Positions 44,064 through 56,340 of a stretch of 64,000 nt of DNA are shown piece after piece; position 1 is the stretch's first letter, and every line of letters starts with the position of its first letter. Source of the DNA: Emiliania huxleyi CCMP1516 (Eukaryota); assembly GCF_000372725.1 (NCBI RefSeq), contig NW_005201327.1, forward strand, positions 302,745 through 366,744, written 5' to 3'. The notes beneath the pieces were generated by a model. The model had not been told where the DNA came from and searched no databases. It was given only the letters and a program-made list of their open reading frames with translations. The translations under genes and the position numbers were made by a program.

Positions 44064-45249
44064 CGGACGTGCGTGTTGCAACACCCACCTCACACACGCG
44101 TCCCCAGAGAGTGGTTTGGAGCGAGGTACGGGTGGCGGCGGGCTCGAGTAAAGTCCGGGGAAAATGCGGGATCCTCCCCATTTCATAGGTGCTCCAACGC
44201 CCTAGCCGGCTCGGGAGTACTGTCCTTCCCGTTATATACGCACCCGCTCACACTTTTAGGCTCTCCGGCGGCCTCAGGGGCCTTGGTTGCCGAGGGCTGC
44301 CGCTTCAGCGGCGCGGTCACAGTGCCGTGGAGCCGGCCAGCGTGCTCGCAGCCATGCCGCTGGTGGACCATGCCCGCCTCCCGCCCGGCGGCTCCAACCA
44401 CAGCCCGCCTCACCGTCCGTGAAGCTTCCGTGGTCCGCTGTTCCGGCTTCGATTTTCGACCCTCCCGAGGCTGCTAGAGCAGCCCTGCGGAGCCTCCCGG
44501 ATGCACCAGCACACCGTCGTCCAGGACGACGGCGCATGCGCTGCCCAGTGACCGGGCGGGTCGGCCCCGACTAGGGCCGGGCCCAGCCGCGCGGAGAAGA
44601 CCACCGAGCTCGAAACACGTCGCCGCGGCCGGCCGTTTCGCAAGCCTGAGCGGGTCGCCAGACACCCGCGAGAGCCAGCAGCTAGAGCGCCGTCGTAGCC
44701 GCAGATCGAGTCGAGGAGCTTGATGTCCACGGTAGCAGTTGTGGAGAGTGGTGGGACGGTGCGTGTAGACGCGTCGATTGAGGGCTCTTTTTCGAAACGC
44801 GACGGGTACGGCTTGACAACTGCCAGCACAGTTTTACGCCGGCCAGCGTGAGAGCAAAACAGGGATCCGGCGACCCGTACGCTTTGCGCGTGGCGACCGG
44901 TGGCTGTCTGGAGCTCGTGCGAGCTGGTCCGACGCGTGGCCGAGCCGAGAGGACCAGCGAGCGACCACATTGGCGATGAAGCTTGGCGGCCGGCGCCTCG
45001 TCGCCAGACGTCACAGCGGCGTGGACGCAGGAGTGTGAGGCGACGAGTGCCGGCAAATCCGGCCCGGTGTGGCCGGCAGCTGCCTAGCGCTGGCCTGTGG
45101 CCGGCGCCGCGGTGGCGGAAGAGGCGTCTCGCCGCCGTGGCGGCGGTCGGCAGGTGCGAGCGTGATGGCCATCGTGCGGCAGACCGGCAGAGTCCGAAGG
45201 CAGATTTTCTCGAACAGCTCTTGCTACGGGGGCGGGGAACTCTTGTCTT

Positions 45250-45362
45250 GTGGTTCTGTGTGTCGCTCCTGTGTGACCGCCACCGCCCGTCTTGCGTCCA
45301 CCCATACCGCGTTGGTGTCCCAGTCGTTGGTCGGACTGTGTTTCGCCTTCCCATCAATCAAA
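45250..45362 (+). mobile_element. Family C variant 3' end with (ATCA)n tail
   Basis: GTCTTGCGTCCACCCATACCGCGTTGGTGTCC, then a segment shared with 55848-55892. Confidence 0.65.
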
Positions 45363-45599
45363 AAAGAGATACTCTTGGCACCCTTTGTCTGTTACATCAC
45401 TTAGTATTAATGAGAGAGAGAGATTTTTAGCAATACCAAACAACGTTATTAATGTGGATGTTTTGCCGAAAAACGCGATGGGCCCATCTGCACCTCCGGC
45501 TGGAAGCAAACCGGTCGTCACTCGCAGCCCCGCCTTCGCACAGAGGCGCCCGGGCCCTCCACCTCCCCTCGCCCCGCGGCAGCCTCGGCCGTCGACTCG

Positions 45600-46004
45600 G
45601 CCACACGCGGCTGACCGCCGCCGCCCAGCGGGTCGACGTGCTCCGCGTCGAGCGGCCTGTTCACACCCGGACGGCGCTGTGAAGAGGCGTTTCGTGCACG
45701 CAGCCTGTGGCCGCCCTCTGCGCGCGGGGCGACGGGTCGGGGGAGCGAGCTGTGGACGCAACAACTCCTCCCACATGCGACTCGGAAGGGGTGGTGGTGG
45801 GGAGGAAGGGGGGGGGTGAGGTGGGAGGGGGTGCGCGAGCGGGGGGGGGGGGGAACGGACCCTCCCTCGAGCGAGCCGCGCAGCAACGCGCGCACCTGCA
45901 AGTTAAGTGAAGGGAAGTGAAGGGAAGGGAAGTACAGGGCTTTGCCACACAAACACACACACACACACACACACATTGACACTAATACACAGAGAGTGAG
46001 AGAG

Positions 46005-46070
<66 letters not shown>

Positions 46071-46758
46071 GCGCTCTCTATCTCGGCTGTCACTCCAGCA
46101 GCCGAGAGCGTCTGCTATCCGAGTGGCTGTCCGTGCGTGCGGGGCATCTGGGCGGCGCGGACAAACGCTGCGCGTGTGGCGTGCTGCGCCGGGGTCGGCG
46201 CGCCGGGCGGCGGCGGCACGCCCCCACCAACGCCGAACGGCGACGGCACCACCTATTCACAGCGCGCCGCCGCCGGCGGTGTGAAGAGACGCGGCTCACG
46301 CCGCCGCGCAACGCAGATGTTGCACCGGCATGGCCGCCGCGCCGCCGGGGAAGTGGGCCGCCTCGCGCCCCGCGCCGCGGAGTAGCGACCACGGCTCGCC
46401 TGCAGGGCGAGGCGGGCCGATCGCAGTGTGCAAGGCCCGCTGCGCGCCGCGGGCAGTGCGCGCGCGACTCGCCTCCGGCGTGCGAGGCGCTGATGTGGCT
46501 CAGGAGGTCGGAGAGCGGATCCGCGACGGCGAGCGGCGAGAGGGCGCCGCCGTCGGCGTCCCGCTCCCCAAACGAGAGCGCCGCACTCCCCACGGGCCGC
46601 CGCATCACCCGCCGCCGCATCAGCCCGCCCCGCTCGCCCTCGCCGAGCAACGACTTGATCCGCTCCTCCGCCGCCTCGGCGCCGAAGAGGAGGCCGTCGC
46701 CGGCGCCGGCGCCGGCGCCGCCGCCGTAGAGGATCAGCTGCTCCTCGAGCGAGCTCAT
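45600..46758 (-). CDS. Multi-exon hypothetical protein (3' extent unclear)
   Basis: MSSLEEQLILYGG start, coding-like exons, and acceptors at 46253, ~45896 and 45657. Confidence 0.45.
45950..46068. repeat. (CA)n and (GA)n microsatellites
   Basis: Read directly. Confidence 0.95.
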
Positions 46759-46816
46759 CGCGGGTCGCGGTGTATGTTGGGCGGCTGTCCGGCAGGAAAA
46801 GAAGAAAAAAAACGGC

Positions 46817-46993
46817 GACCTGTACACGGAACCATCCCTCGGAGACGTGTTATGGCCCTGCGACCGCGCACCCCCGGGGCTAGGGCTCTCTTGCCCGCAA
46901 CCCGACACCGAGCGTCCGGCCAACTGGGTGCGCTTCTCAGCTCCCCGGTCCTGGGCGTGAGGTTACCGACTGCACTCCAAGTGCTCCAAGTGT
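46817..46993 (+). mobile_element. Family A copy
   Basis: Reverse complement of 9138-9325, ending CTCCAAGTGCTCCAAGTG. Confidence 0.8.
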
Positions 46994-47016
46994 TGCGCAG
47001 GAGCACTTACACACGT

Positions 47017-47113
47017 CTGCTAGAGATGCCTTTCGGGGCCCAGAGATAAAACTTCTGATGCCATGCGTGACCTAGTAGTGTCCCCAGCTATGGGCGTGTC
47101 CACGTTGGAGCCA
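47017..47113 (+). repeat. 97-bp dispersed repeat (family E)
   Basis: Identical by eye to 56565-56661. Confidence 0.88.
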
Positions 47114-48113
47114 TGAGGTCTGGCCCCCGGCCCGGCTGCGCGCGGCCCGGCGCCGCCGCGCTCGCTCCTCTTTGAGAGCACGCTCGTGTGTGTGACGTGC
47201 GTGTGCGTGCGTAGGGCTGGACGAAGGATGCTGAAGTGCAGGCTCCGGAGAAGAAGAATTGCACCGAAAGACCGTGTTTGTGTTGCGATGTTTTCGTTGA
47301 ACGAGACTCGAGAGGGGAGACAGCACCCGCGCTAGCAGTAGCACCGTGGCGCCCAGGGAGATGGGCACACACACCGGGGCTCTCCGCCCACGCGAAAACC
47401 CCTCCCGGTCCCATTGCAAACCCACACCGCTATTCACTGCGCACCGCACCAACCGCGCACCCGCCTCCGAAGCCCTCGGCGCGCGTGTCGCGCACCGAGG
47501 CCAGGGCACCCACCAGGGCACGCACCTTGGCATCGACGCACTCACCACAGCTGCACTGAATGCGGGAGGCGCGATCGTCGCGGGGCTCTCCGACGGCTCC
47601 CCGGCCGGCGACGCCGTTCCGCGGCGAAAGCCATATCCTCCGCCGCCTCGCGCGCACCCGCGTTCGCACTGCACCGTGGCACTGCACTTGCACTGACACT
47701 TGACCGGGCGCGAGCGCGCTCACTGCCTCAGCCAGCCTCGCTCGCTCTAGCACATGCAGGCATCCAACAGGGGGAAGGGCAGGTGCTCCGTGTCTTCGAG
47801 CAGCAGCATTGCCATGAGGCCTGCTGGTGGCTCCAATGCGACGGCGCTCAGCTTATAGTCGGGCGTGTCGCGCACGCACGGAAAGTCCAAATAGGCGGCC
47901 GAAGGGGCGGTGCGGTCGAGGCACGCTGCCGACGCCGTGGACGTCGTCGTCCGCACCCACTGCTGAGCCCCACGGCCAAGGCGCGCGAGAGATGACATTG
48001 CGTGTGCGTCACTTGCAGTCGAAGCGCAGCTGGCCTAACCGCCGCTCGAACGTTATGGTCAAAGGCAGCGGAGCGCATCGACGGAGCGCACAGGTGGATG
48101 TTTGTGAGTCTTA

Positions 48114-49185
48114 GGGAGGGATGCCTAGGCGTGAATTCACCGCCCTAGAAATAAATTTAAAACGCGTTTATTGCCTGTTTAGCGCCGATCTTACAGCTTA
48201 TTCGAATGTCTTCTTACGTTGCTTCAGCCGTCATTTCCCCTCCTTTCACCCGCTCTTCCCCCGCCTTTCAGCCGCCATTCAAGCAACGTTGAACCGCGTT
48301 TCACAAACATGTTTTCCGCTCTTCGTCAACACGGTTTGCCTTGAAGTTACCGCACCGACGCTAAATTCAAGCCCCTTCAAGCCAATTTATGGATTATGGG
48401 CAGGTGGGCAGGAACACTGCTGCTGCTGCTAAGCACCCGCACCGCCCAGTGAGTAGTGTCACGGGCTAGCTGAAGATGGAGACCGGCGTCTTGGCCGGTA
48501 GCTCCTCGACGGTCTTCTGCTCCTGAATCTCAATCTGCCAGTGTGCGGCCACCGTCGGGTCGTCGCGCGCGAGAAGTTGGCCGAGGTTCTTGAAGCAGGA
48601 AAGACTGCCCGTCCCGGTCTTCACCTTGATTGTGACGTCATTCGAGACGTCAACGCCATTGGCCGCGGCCAGCAGCTGCTGCAGGCCGCTCGCCTTGGTG
48701 CCGGCTGGCACCTGCAGGTTCACCGAGACGGTGGAACCCTGCTTGCACGCGATGAGCAAGGGCTCAGCCATGCGTCCTCGCCCCGCGTGCCTATGCCACG
48801 GAGCCACGAAACGCGGAAGAAGAATTCACCCGCTCCGCGCGAGGGAGTTTTGTTGTCGTAGTGGCAAGACGTGCTCTCCTCTCGACAGCTAAGGGCTAAG
48901 TAAGACGCGCTCATTGTTGCAATGTCATTGAGGCAGGAAAGAGCTCGCCGAGGAGTCGAGGGCTCCCGACCACGCCGGACCCAGCCAGGATAAGGCACGC
49001 TTGCCTTAAACTGCCATGAAGAGCACTAAATGTGCGATAAAAAATCTGTTGAAAGCGCCACAAAATGTGTTTGAATTACATCTGAACGGAGGAAGAATCT
49101 CTCGGAAATGAACAGCGAAGGGCGCAGTGAAAAACGATAAAACAAATCTTCAAAGCGCCTTGTATTCATGGTTAGGCACCCTCGC
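48114..49185. mobile_element. PIF/Harbinger-like non-autonomous element with TTA TSD
   Basis: TTA|GGGAGGGATGCCTAGGCGTGAAT ... ATTCATGGTTAGGCACCCTCGC|TTA; AT-rich arms. Confidence 0.7.
48466..48771 (-). CDS. 101-aa passenger ORF of unknown function
   Basis: MAEPLLIACKQG...PVSIFS-TAG with coding-like GC3, between AT-rich arms. Confidence 0.6.
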   Translation of the reverse strand: MAEPLLIACKQGSTVSVNLQVPAGTKASGLQQLLAAANGVDVSNDVTIKVKTGTGSLSCFKNLGQLLARDDPTVAAHWQIEIQEQKTVEELPAKTPVSIFS

Positions 49186-49211
49186 TTAGGTAGCGCGGGT
49201 TAGCGCGGGTT

Positions 49212-50057
49212 CCACCTTCACCTTCTCATTGGTTTGGTGGAGTATAGGTACGAGGGGGGTGGGGCATCTCTTGCGGGTCTCGCCAGGGGCGCCTACTAAC
49301 CTCGCTTGCGAGGGGCGTGTGGCATGTCTGAACGGACTCGTGAGGGGCGCCTGCCAACCTCGCTTCGTCGAAGCGGCGCTCGGTACCCACACCCACCCCG
49401 CCGCATTCGTCGCCGGCGCGCGACACGTTCCCGTCGGCTGGACTGCCCTCGTCGAGTGCGTGTCGCCAACCAAGGCGGGACGCACTCAGGGACAGTGCCG
49501 GCGGGACGCGGCTCGAGAGGCGGCTCCCGCGGAGGCACGGCTGGCACCTGTGGCGCGGGGCTCGTCTTCGGAAAGACCAGGATCGCTCTACTGGCAAAGT
49601 TCTGGCTGACACGCGCGCCCGGTCGAGCCTTCGGCGGGCGCGCTGCGGTCGCACGCCTACCCAAGTCATATGCCACGGCGTGCGATCTAGATTCAGCACA
49701 CGCGCCTCTGCTTGCAACCACTCATCCAATGAACTGTCGTCACCCATGAGTGCGAGTTAGGGCTAGCGGCTGGCCAATAGTCTCACACGTTCGCCCCTGT
49801 CGCCTGTCTGTGTTGTTGTGCTGTTGTTTGTCTCTTGGCACCTTGGAGTGCTGGGGGGGCGACAGGGGGGACGTGGCCTGAGTGATGTGTACGCCCACTC
49901 AGGATGTGTGGCAGCCCGCTGGCTGTGTGTCTTGTGAGCTTGTTTGTGTCTGTGTGTCGCTCGTGCGTGTCGTCATCATCTGTCTTGCGTCCACCCATAC
50001 CGCGTTGGTGTCCAGTCCGAGCCTGACTGTTCTTCACCTTACTACATACATACATAC
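49212..50057 (+). mobile_element. Family C retroelement copy with (ATAC)n tail; possible TSD CGGGTT
   Basis: 49685-50045 is homologous to 55218-55830. CGGGTT at 49206-49211 and 50058-50063. Confidence 0.65.
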
Positions 50058-50814
50058 CGGGTTAAGCCGCACTAACCGGCACGGGTCAGCTCGGGTCAGA
50101 ACACGGGTTACCATAACCCGACGCTAACCCGGCACTACGGGGTGTGGACCGTGAGTTGACCAGCCAGGGGTTGTGCGCCGGGACCTCCTGCTCGGCTCCA
50201 GCCAGTAGTCAAGTCTTGTCACTAACAGAGTAGAAGGATCTGACCTCGGGGCCGATGTGACCAAGCGCTGGTAGCGTGGTTTGACCTCACACCCATGGTC
50301 TCACAGTGTGCCGGCAATCGCCGAGCAGTGTCGCTCACACAAGCCGCAGCACAAGTGACTGAGGGCCAGTGAGGGCGAGCCCATCGCTGTCACAGCTGTG
50401 GCAGCCGCACAGTAGGCTGTGCCATCTGTGCAGAGCGTGTGAGCAGCAGAGGAGCTGCTCTCCAGGCTTCTGTCGCAAACAGCTGCATGCCACCGAAGGC
50501 GCTGTCGAGGTTCGCCGAGCGCGGCGAAAATCCACCGTCACCGACGAGCGCGTTGTTATATGAGGAGTATTCACTCCGGACAAAAAACGCGGGCGTGGCA
50601 GGCGACACGGACGTGCCGCAAGCTTTTAGCGGCGAGGCGCGGGACCGTCTGTGGGTCTGTGGCGAGGTGGGTCGCGTCCCCCGATTTCCGTCAACCCAGC
50701 ATCCACACCCTTTAGAGGGGCTCCCCCGGAGCGCGGAGGCCGGAGCGCGCGCGCCATGAGCATGACACGTGGACACAACCCACAACACGACGAAGAACAA
50801 CGCACAGACAAACG

Positions 50815-53575
50815 TCACGCCGCCTTGTGCTTGCGCGAGCTGGAGCCGTGCTCGCGCTCGCGGTGCGGCGGTGCGGCCGTCCCCTTCTGCCGCCACGTGG
50901 CGAGGAGGATCCAGACCGAGCCCGCCAGCCAGCCGCCGAGCACCAGCAGCCCCGCGTACAGCTGGTGCTGTCGCCGAAAGTCGCCGAACGAGTAGCAGCT
51001 TTCTGTGCCGCGCGCCGGCGGCGGCGACGGCGGAGGCAGCTTCGTGGCGCGCACGGGCAGCGGCGGCCTGCCGGGCGATCCGTCGTGCAGCGCGGCGTAT
51101 TGGTCCTACGCCATGAAGGAGCACGCCAACGTCAGTGGCGGGAAGACTGTGCAGAGTCTTCAGAGCAGCGCGTGGTGCGAGGGACAGGGACCACAGCTGC
51201 ACCCGGCTGAGGACGGCCGAGTACAGCCGAGTACAGCGGAGCACGTGACGCCTCGAGCGCCAGGTGGGAGACAAGGGTGCGGTCTCGGGGGGTGCGTGTG
51301 CGTACTGCGCTTCTCTGTGTCGGTGACAGCTGTGCTGTGAGAGAGGCGTCCGTCGTACACTTCTAGGGGGCGTGTCCTCGAAGACCGCCTCCCACGCCCG
51401 CCCCGTGGCGGAGGGCGAGTGCTGCGCCTCCGCGAACCGCCGCGCCGCGCGCACGGCGGCGTCGCGCGCGCTGCGGTCGGAGCACAGCTTTGCCAGCGGG
51501 GCGGTGCCCTCGCCGAGCAGCTGGCCTACAGAGAAGACAGCGCTGGGCGGCTCAACAAGAACGGCACGCCGGGGCGGTGCGGTCCGCCGCCGAGGAGCTC
51601 GCCCGCCACGCCGCCCACAAGGAAGAGCGCGCGCGGGGCGGCCTCCTTTTGGCCGAGGATCTGCGAGAGGGGCGCCGCATCGCCCAGCGCGGGGCTGACG
51701 ATCGCCGTCTCCGCTAGCATCGCCTCCAGCAGGAGCTGCGGCGGCGGAGGGCGAGAGTCGGCGCCGGCGGACGGCGCGGGCAGCAGCAGAAGCACAAAGT
51801 CCGCGCGCAGCAGCTCCTCCATCAGGGAGCGCCTGTTCACAGCTTCAGGTGTGAAGAGACGCCGTTCACGCCGCGCGCGCGCAGCGGCTCCTCCGTCAGG
51901 GAGCGCCGGTGCAGCAGCCCGGCGTAGCGGCCCCACGGCGCCTCCTCGAGCCGCGTAAAGACGACCGCCTCCGGCTTTGACAGTGTGAGGCCCCACTTGC
52001 CGCCCGCCGTCGTGAAGCCTAGCACCAGCCGGTCTCCAGAGTCTCGAGGCCGTGTGCGGGTTCGGTCCCGTGGCTGGTGCGGTAGGCATCGCCTCCGTCG
52101 AACGGGAGGGTGCCCGCGGTGATCGAGGCGCCCGGAAGCGACTACGGGCGTGAGCGAAGGGAGTGAGCAGCTCACGCGCTCCTCTTGAGCACGAGAGGAG
52201 TGCGAGGCCTCGCGCAGGGCCGGGAGCGCGTCGAGGAAGGCGACGAGGCCCGGGTGGTCGAGGTGTCGAACGCACGCGAGGAAGGAGTTGCGCACGTGGC
52301 GAGGGAAGCCCCCGTCGCCGAGCTCGCTCCGCACCCCGCCCCACCGCGCGCCGTCGGCCAGAGGCCGCACCACGGCCACGCGAGAGCGCGGCGGGCCTAT
52401 CATCAATTAATTAATAATAACTCATCATTAATTAGGCCGCACCACGGCCACGCGAGAGCGCGGCGGGCCTATAATCAATTAATTAACAATAACTCATCAT
52501 TAATTAGGCCGCACCACGGCCACGCGAGAGCGCGGCGGGCCGCGCGTCGGCGGCAGCGACAGCGGCCTCAGCCTCGCCTCGAGCACTCGCTTGTGCGCGG
52601 TCGACGGCACGACCAGCCGCGCGAGCCTCCCCGCCAGGTTCGCGAGCAGAGGCATCGACAGCCGTGCCTCGGGCGCCGGCGTCGCTCTCCCCTGGTCGCC
52701 CTCGCCGGCAGAGGGCGCGTCGTCGGCGCTGGCGGGCGGCGCGGGCAGGCCGAGCGACTCGGCCTCCCTCTCGGCGACCCAGAGGTAGACGCCCACGCGG
52801 GCGAGGAGGGGGAGGCGCGCTGCAAACTGCCCGAGCAGCCGCACAATCACCACGTGGTCGAAGAGCGCCTGCTCACAGCTTCAGGTGTGAAGAGACGCCG
52901 TTCACGCAGCCGCACAATCGCCACGTGGTCGAAGAGCGCCTCGCCGGGCGCGATGCCGTCAACCCACGGCGGGACCCTGCCGGGCGAGGCGGGCGTGCCG
53001 GGCCTGCGCGGCGGAGAGGTGAGGACGAGCCACTCCGCGTGTACGTACTGAACCCCGTCCGCCGCCGTCCCCTCCGCCGACGCGACCATCGGCCCAGCAA
53101 CGACCACCGCGTACCCGAGCGCCGCCACCGCGCGCGCCGACTCCGCCACCTGCGTCCGCTCGTCAAAGAGCGCGCCTGCGTCGAGCGGGTCCCACGCCGC
53201 GCCCTCCGCCTCGCTGCCGACGTAGAAGAGGACCCTCTCCCGCCGGTCCGCGCCGGTCAGCCTTGGCGGCGCCGCGCCGCCCCCGCCCTCCTTCTCCGGC
53301 CCCTCGATGCCAGACGCGGCCGCGCTTTCTGTTTGCCTCGGAGCGGGCTCGCCAGGCCCCGCCTTCAGCCTAGGCGGCCGCTTTCCTCCCGGCGTGCTCA
53401 GCGGCGGCGGCGCTCTTGGCGGCGGCGGCGCCCTCGCCGCCGGCGAGCCCGGCGGGCGGGGTGGCAGCGGCAGCGGCGGCAGCCACGGCTGCTCGGCGGG
53501 GGCTGGATGCGGGTCCGGGTTGGCGCCTCCACTATGGCCCACAGCCCTGCCGATCTCGACGCGCTGCGAGCTCAT
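50815..53575 (-). CDS. GT-B fold (GT4-like) glycosyltransferase-like protein with C-terminal TM; multi-exon
   Basis: RVLFYVG..AALGYAVVVAG..DGVQY; LMEELLRADF..LLEAMLAET; RRFAEAQHS..RAWEAVF; last exon 51105-50815 is hydrophobic. 5' end uncertain. Confidence 0.72.
52363..52540. repeat. ~72-bp tandem duplication spanning an exon/intron junction with AT-rich core
   Basis: GGCCGCACCACGGCCACGCGAGAGCGCGGCGGGCC three times, separated by TATxATCAATTAATTAA..TTAATTA. Confidence 0.9.
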
Positions 53576-53907
53576 GGCGTCGGCCCGAGTGTGCATGTAC
53601 TCCCTGAGCCCGAGGCCGCCCGCCTGACCGCCCGCCTCGCCCCTCTCCCCGCCCCTCTGCACCTTCTCGTTGAAGGCTTTCCATGCGCCCTTTTCGTGGA
53701 TGGCCTGCGTGCGTCGCCACGTCCCGTCTCCGTTGACCTAAGGTAAGGTGAGGTAGACGTACACACACACGACGTCTCCACCACACTACGAGGTGGTGGG
53801 GCAATGGCCCGGGCGACCCCTCGCGCCTCCACGTCTAACGACAGGAGCCGCACGGCATTCAAAGTGCACAAGGCCCGGTGCGCGTGGTGGGTGAGCGGTG
53901 TGGGAGC

Positions 53908-54064
<157 letters not shown>

Positions 54065-54077
54065 CGCGCGCGCGTTG

Positions 54078-55045
54078 ACCTCGAATTGGACGTCGGCCTC
54101 CTCGGGCGTTGGCCTCTCCCGCGCCAGCGCCGGCACGAGCGGCGCTGTGAGGCCGATGCCGGAGTCGCCGCGAGGCGAGTGGAAGACCTCAAACAGGTTC
54201 GTGTTGTCGCCCGGGCGGGGCCCGTACAGCACCCTCCCGTTCGGCGCTGTCCCCTTGACCTCGTCGATGACCGCCCCGACGCGCGGCTGCACGAAGATGA
54301 GCGAGTCGCACCCTTCCAGCACGATCGCGCCGATGTCGGCCATCCCCTTGGCTCTTTGCACGTCCGAGTACTTTGCCTTGCCGGTCCACTTGCCCGAGTC
54401 GCGGTAGCGCGTGAACATGGAGGTGAGCGCGGGCATGCAATGATGCGCGCGGGCCCACTCGCGCATGCCGGGCACCTGTTCACAGCCGGAGCCGTGAAGC
54501 GACGCCGCCCAATCGAGGACGCTCCGTCTTTGCGGGTCGGGTCCCACCCAGAGGAACGACTCCTCCGAGTGCTCTCTGGAGAGAAAGGCGGCGCGGAGCG
54601 AGAGGAGCGTCATCGGGCCGGAGGGCGTGGGCGCGTCGTGGGTGACGGCGTAAAAACGCGGCATGTCCGCCTCGATAGCCCGCTCGAGCTGCCGGTTGAA
54701 GTGCTCGTCGAACCATCTCCTCGCCGCCCGGTCCTCAGAGCTCGCGGCATTCTGCTTGTCCTGGGAAAAGCGGGGGTGCTCCTTGATGGAGACGTCGTCC
54801 ATCATCTCGTCCCAAGTCTTGTATTCGTGCCCGTCCGGGCTCGGCTGCTGCGCCGCCAGCAGCAGCACCTGCCGAATCTCAAAGCAATCGCCGAGCGTGA
54901 GCCGCGTCATTGTTTTTGCGTTGACAGACGTCGCTAGGCTAAAGTCCGGCGCAGCCGCAGCGAGAACTGCGGGGACCAGCGCGGCCCGAGGCGTAGCCAG
55001 AGAGACGAAGAGGAGCGCCAGAGGCGAGCGAGGTGGCCATCGCAT
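54078..55045 (-). CDS. Secreted-type hypothetical protein; 3' end uncertain
   Basis: Signal-peptide-like start; ~320 coding-like codons before the microsatellite. Confidence 0.65.
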
Positions 55046-55217
55046 GGCTCGGCCAGGCTCGCCGGCTGGGACACGCGCGGTTTTTCTCTTTTTTTGAGCT
55101 TTGCCTTCCGTAGCACGTCTAGAGAGAGAGAGAGAGAGAGAGACTCTCTCTCTCGTAGCACGTCTACCTACACCTACCTACCTACGTCTACCTCCGTCAT
55201 AGTGCCACGACGTGCGG

Positions 55218-55840
55218 CCTAGAATTAGCACACGCGCCTCTGCTTGAATACACTCATACATTGGATTGTCATCGCCTTGTCCCACTTATCGAATTTGTGC
55301 AGGCGAGAGTACTCGTCCGAATTCCGGCGTTTTTCAGAATTCTCACCCTACTATACTACAAGTACTCGCACGGTACACACACACAGCTCGCAAACACTCA
55401 CCCATTTGATTGTCACTGTCCGTGAGTGCGAGATTAGGGCTAGCCGCAGGCAGCTAGCCTCTGAGGAGGGCGTCCATAGACACCTCACTAGACCCCACAC
55501 ACGGTCTCGTCCGTGCCTCGCCGGCCGGAGAGATTGCTGGAGGTAGAGCAAGCCTGCTCTAGCCTCGCATGTCGCTTCCTGTCGTCTGTTGTGTTGTTGT
55601 GCCCTTGTTTGTTCTCTTGGCACCTTGGAGTGCTGGGGGGGGCGACAGGGAGGATGTGGCCTTGAGTTATGTGTAAGCCGACTCAGGGTGTGTGGCAGCC
55701 AGCTGGCTGTGTGTCTTGTGAGCCTGTTTGTGTCTGTGTGTCGTTCGTGCGTGTCGTCATCATCTGTCCAGCGTCCACCCATACCGCGTTGGTGTCCAGT
55801 CCGAGCCTGGCTGTTCTTCACCTTTCTACCTACCTACCTG
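55218..55840 (+). mobile_element. Family C copy with (CTAC)n tail
   Basis: Homologous to 49685-50045. Confidence 0.75.
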
Positions 55841-55894
55841 CCTTCGACCCAGTCGTTGGTCGGACTGTGTTTCGCCTTCCCATCAATCAATCAG

Positions 55895-55980
55895 TATGAA
55901 ACAACGCAACGGACATGGCATATCGCTCTCGGGCCCACAGACATCCCGCACACTCGCCACACACCCGCCGCCCCCGCGCG
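55895..55980 (+). repeat. Family D copy
   Basis: Matches 13882-13970. Confidence 0.85.
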
Positions 55981-56248
55981 TAATAAACACAAGTCGCGTA
56001 AAGCACAAGTCTTCACCATTCGTGCAGCACAGAGGGTAATAGAAGGCTATAAAAGGCTTTCGCAGAGCTGTTATTGAGAAGAAAATACCTCACATGGCGC
56101 TGCGCGCTGGTCTATGAGAGGTTGAGGTGCGAGCCCTGGAGGCCCTGGGAATGGGGGGATGAATGAGACTACCCGCGGCGAGCATGGTTCTGGCATGGTT
56201 GTCTCGCGAGCTCTGCGGGTTTTCCTCTTTTTTGAGAGAGCGCCTTCG

Positions 56249-56249
<1 letters not shown>

Positions 56250-56337
<88 letters not shown>
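56250..56337. repeat. (GT)n microsatellite
   Basis: Read directly. Confidence 0.98.

Positions 56338-56340
<3 letters not shown>

Noticed and set aside
44064..45250. Possible gene on the minus strand
   Set aside because: Some coding-like stretches, but no supportable model.
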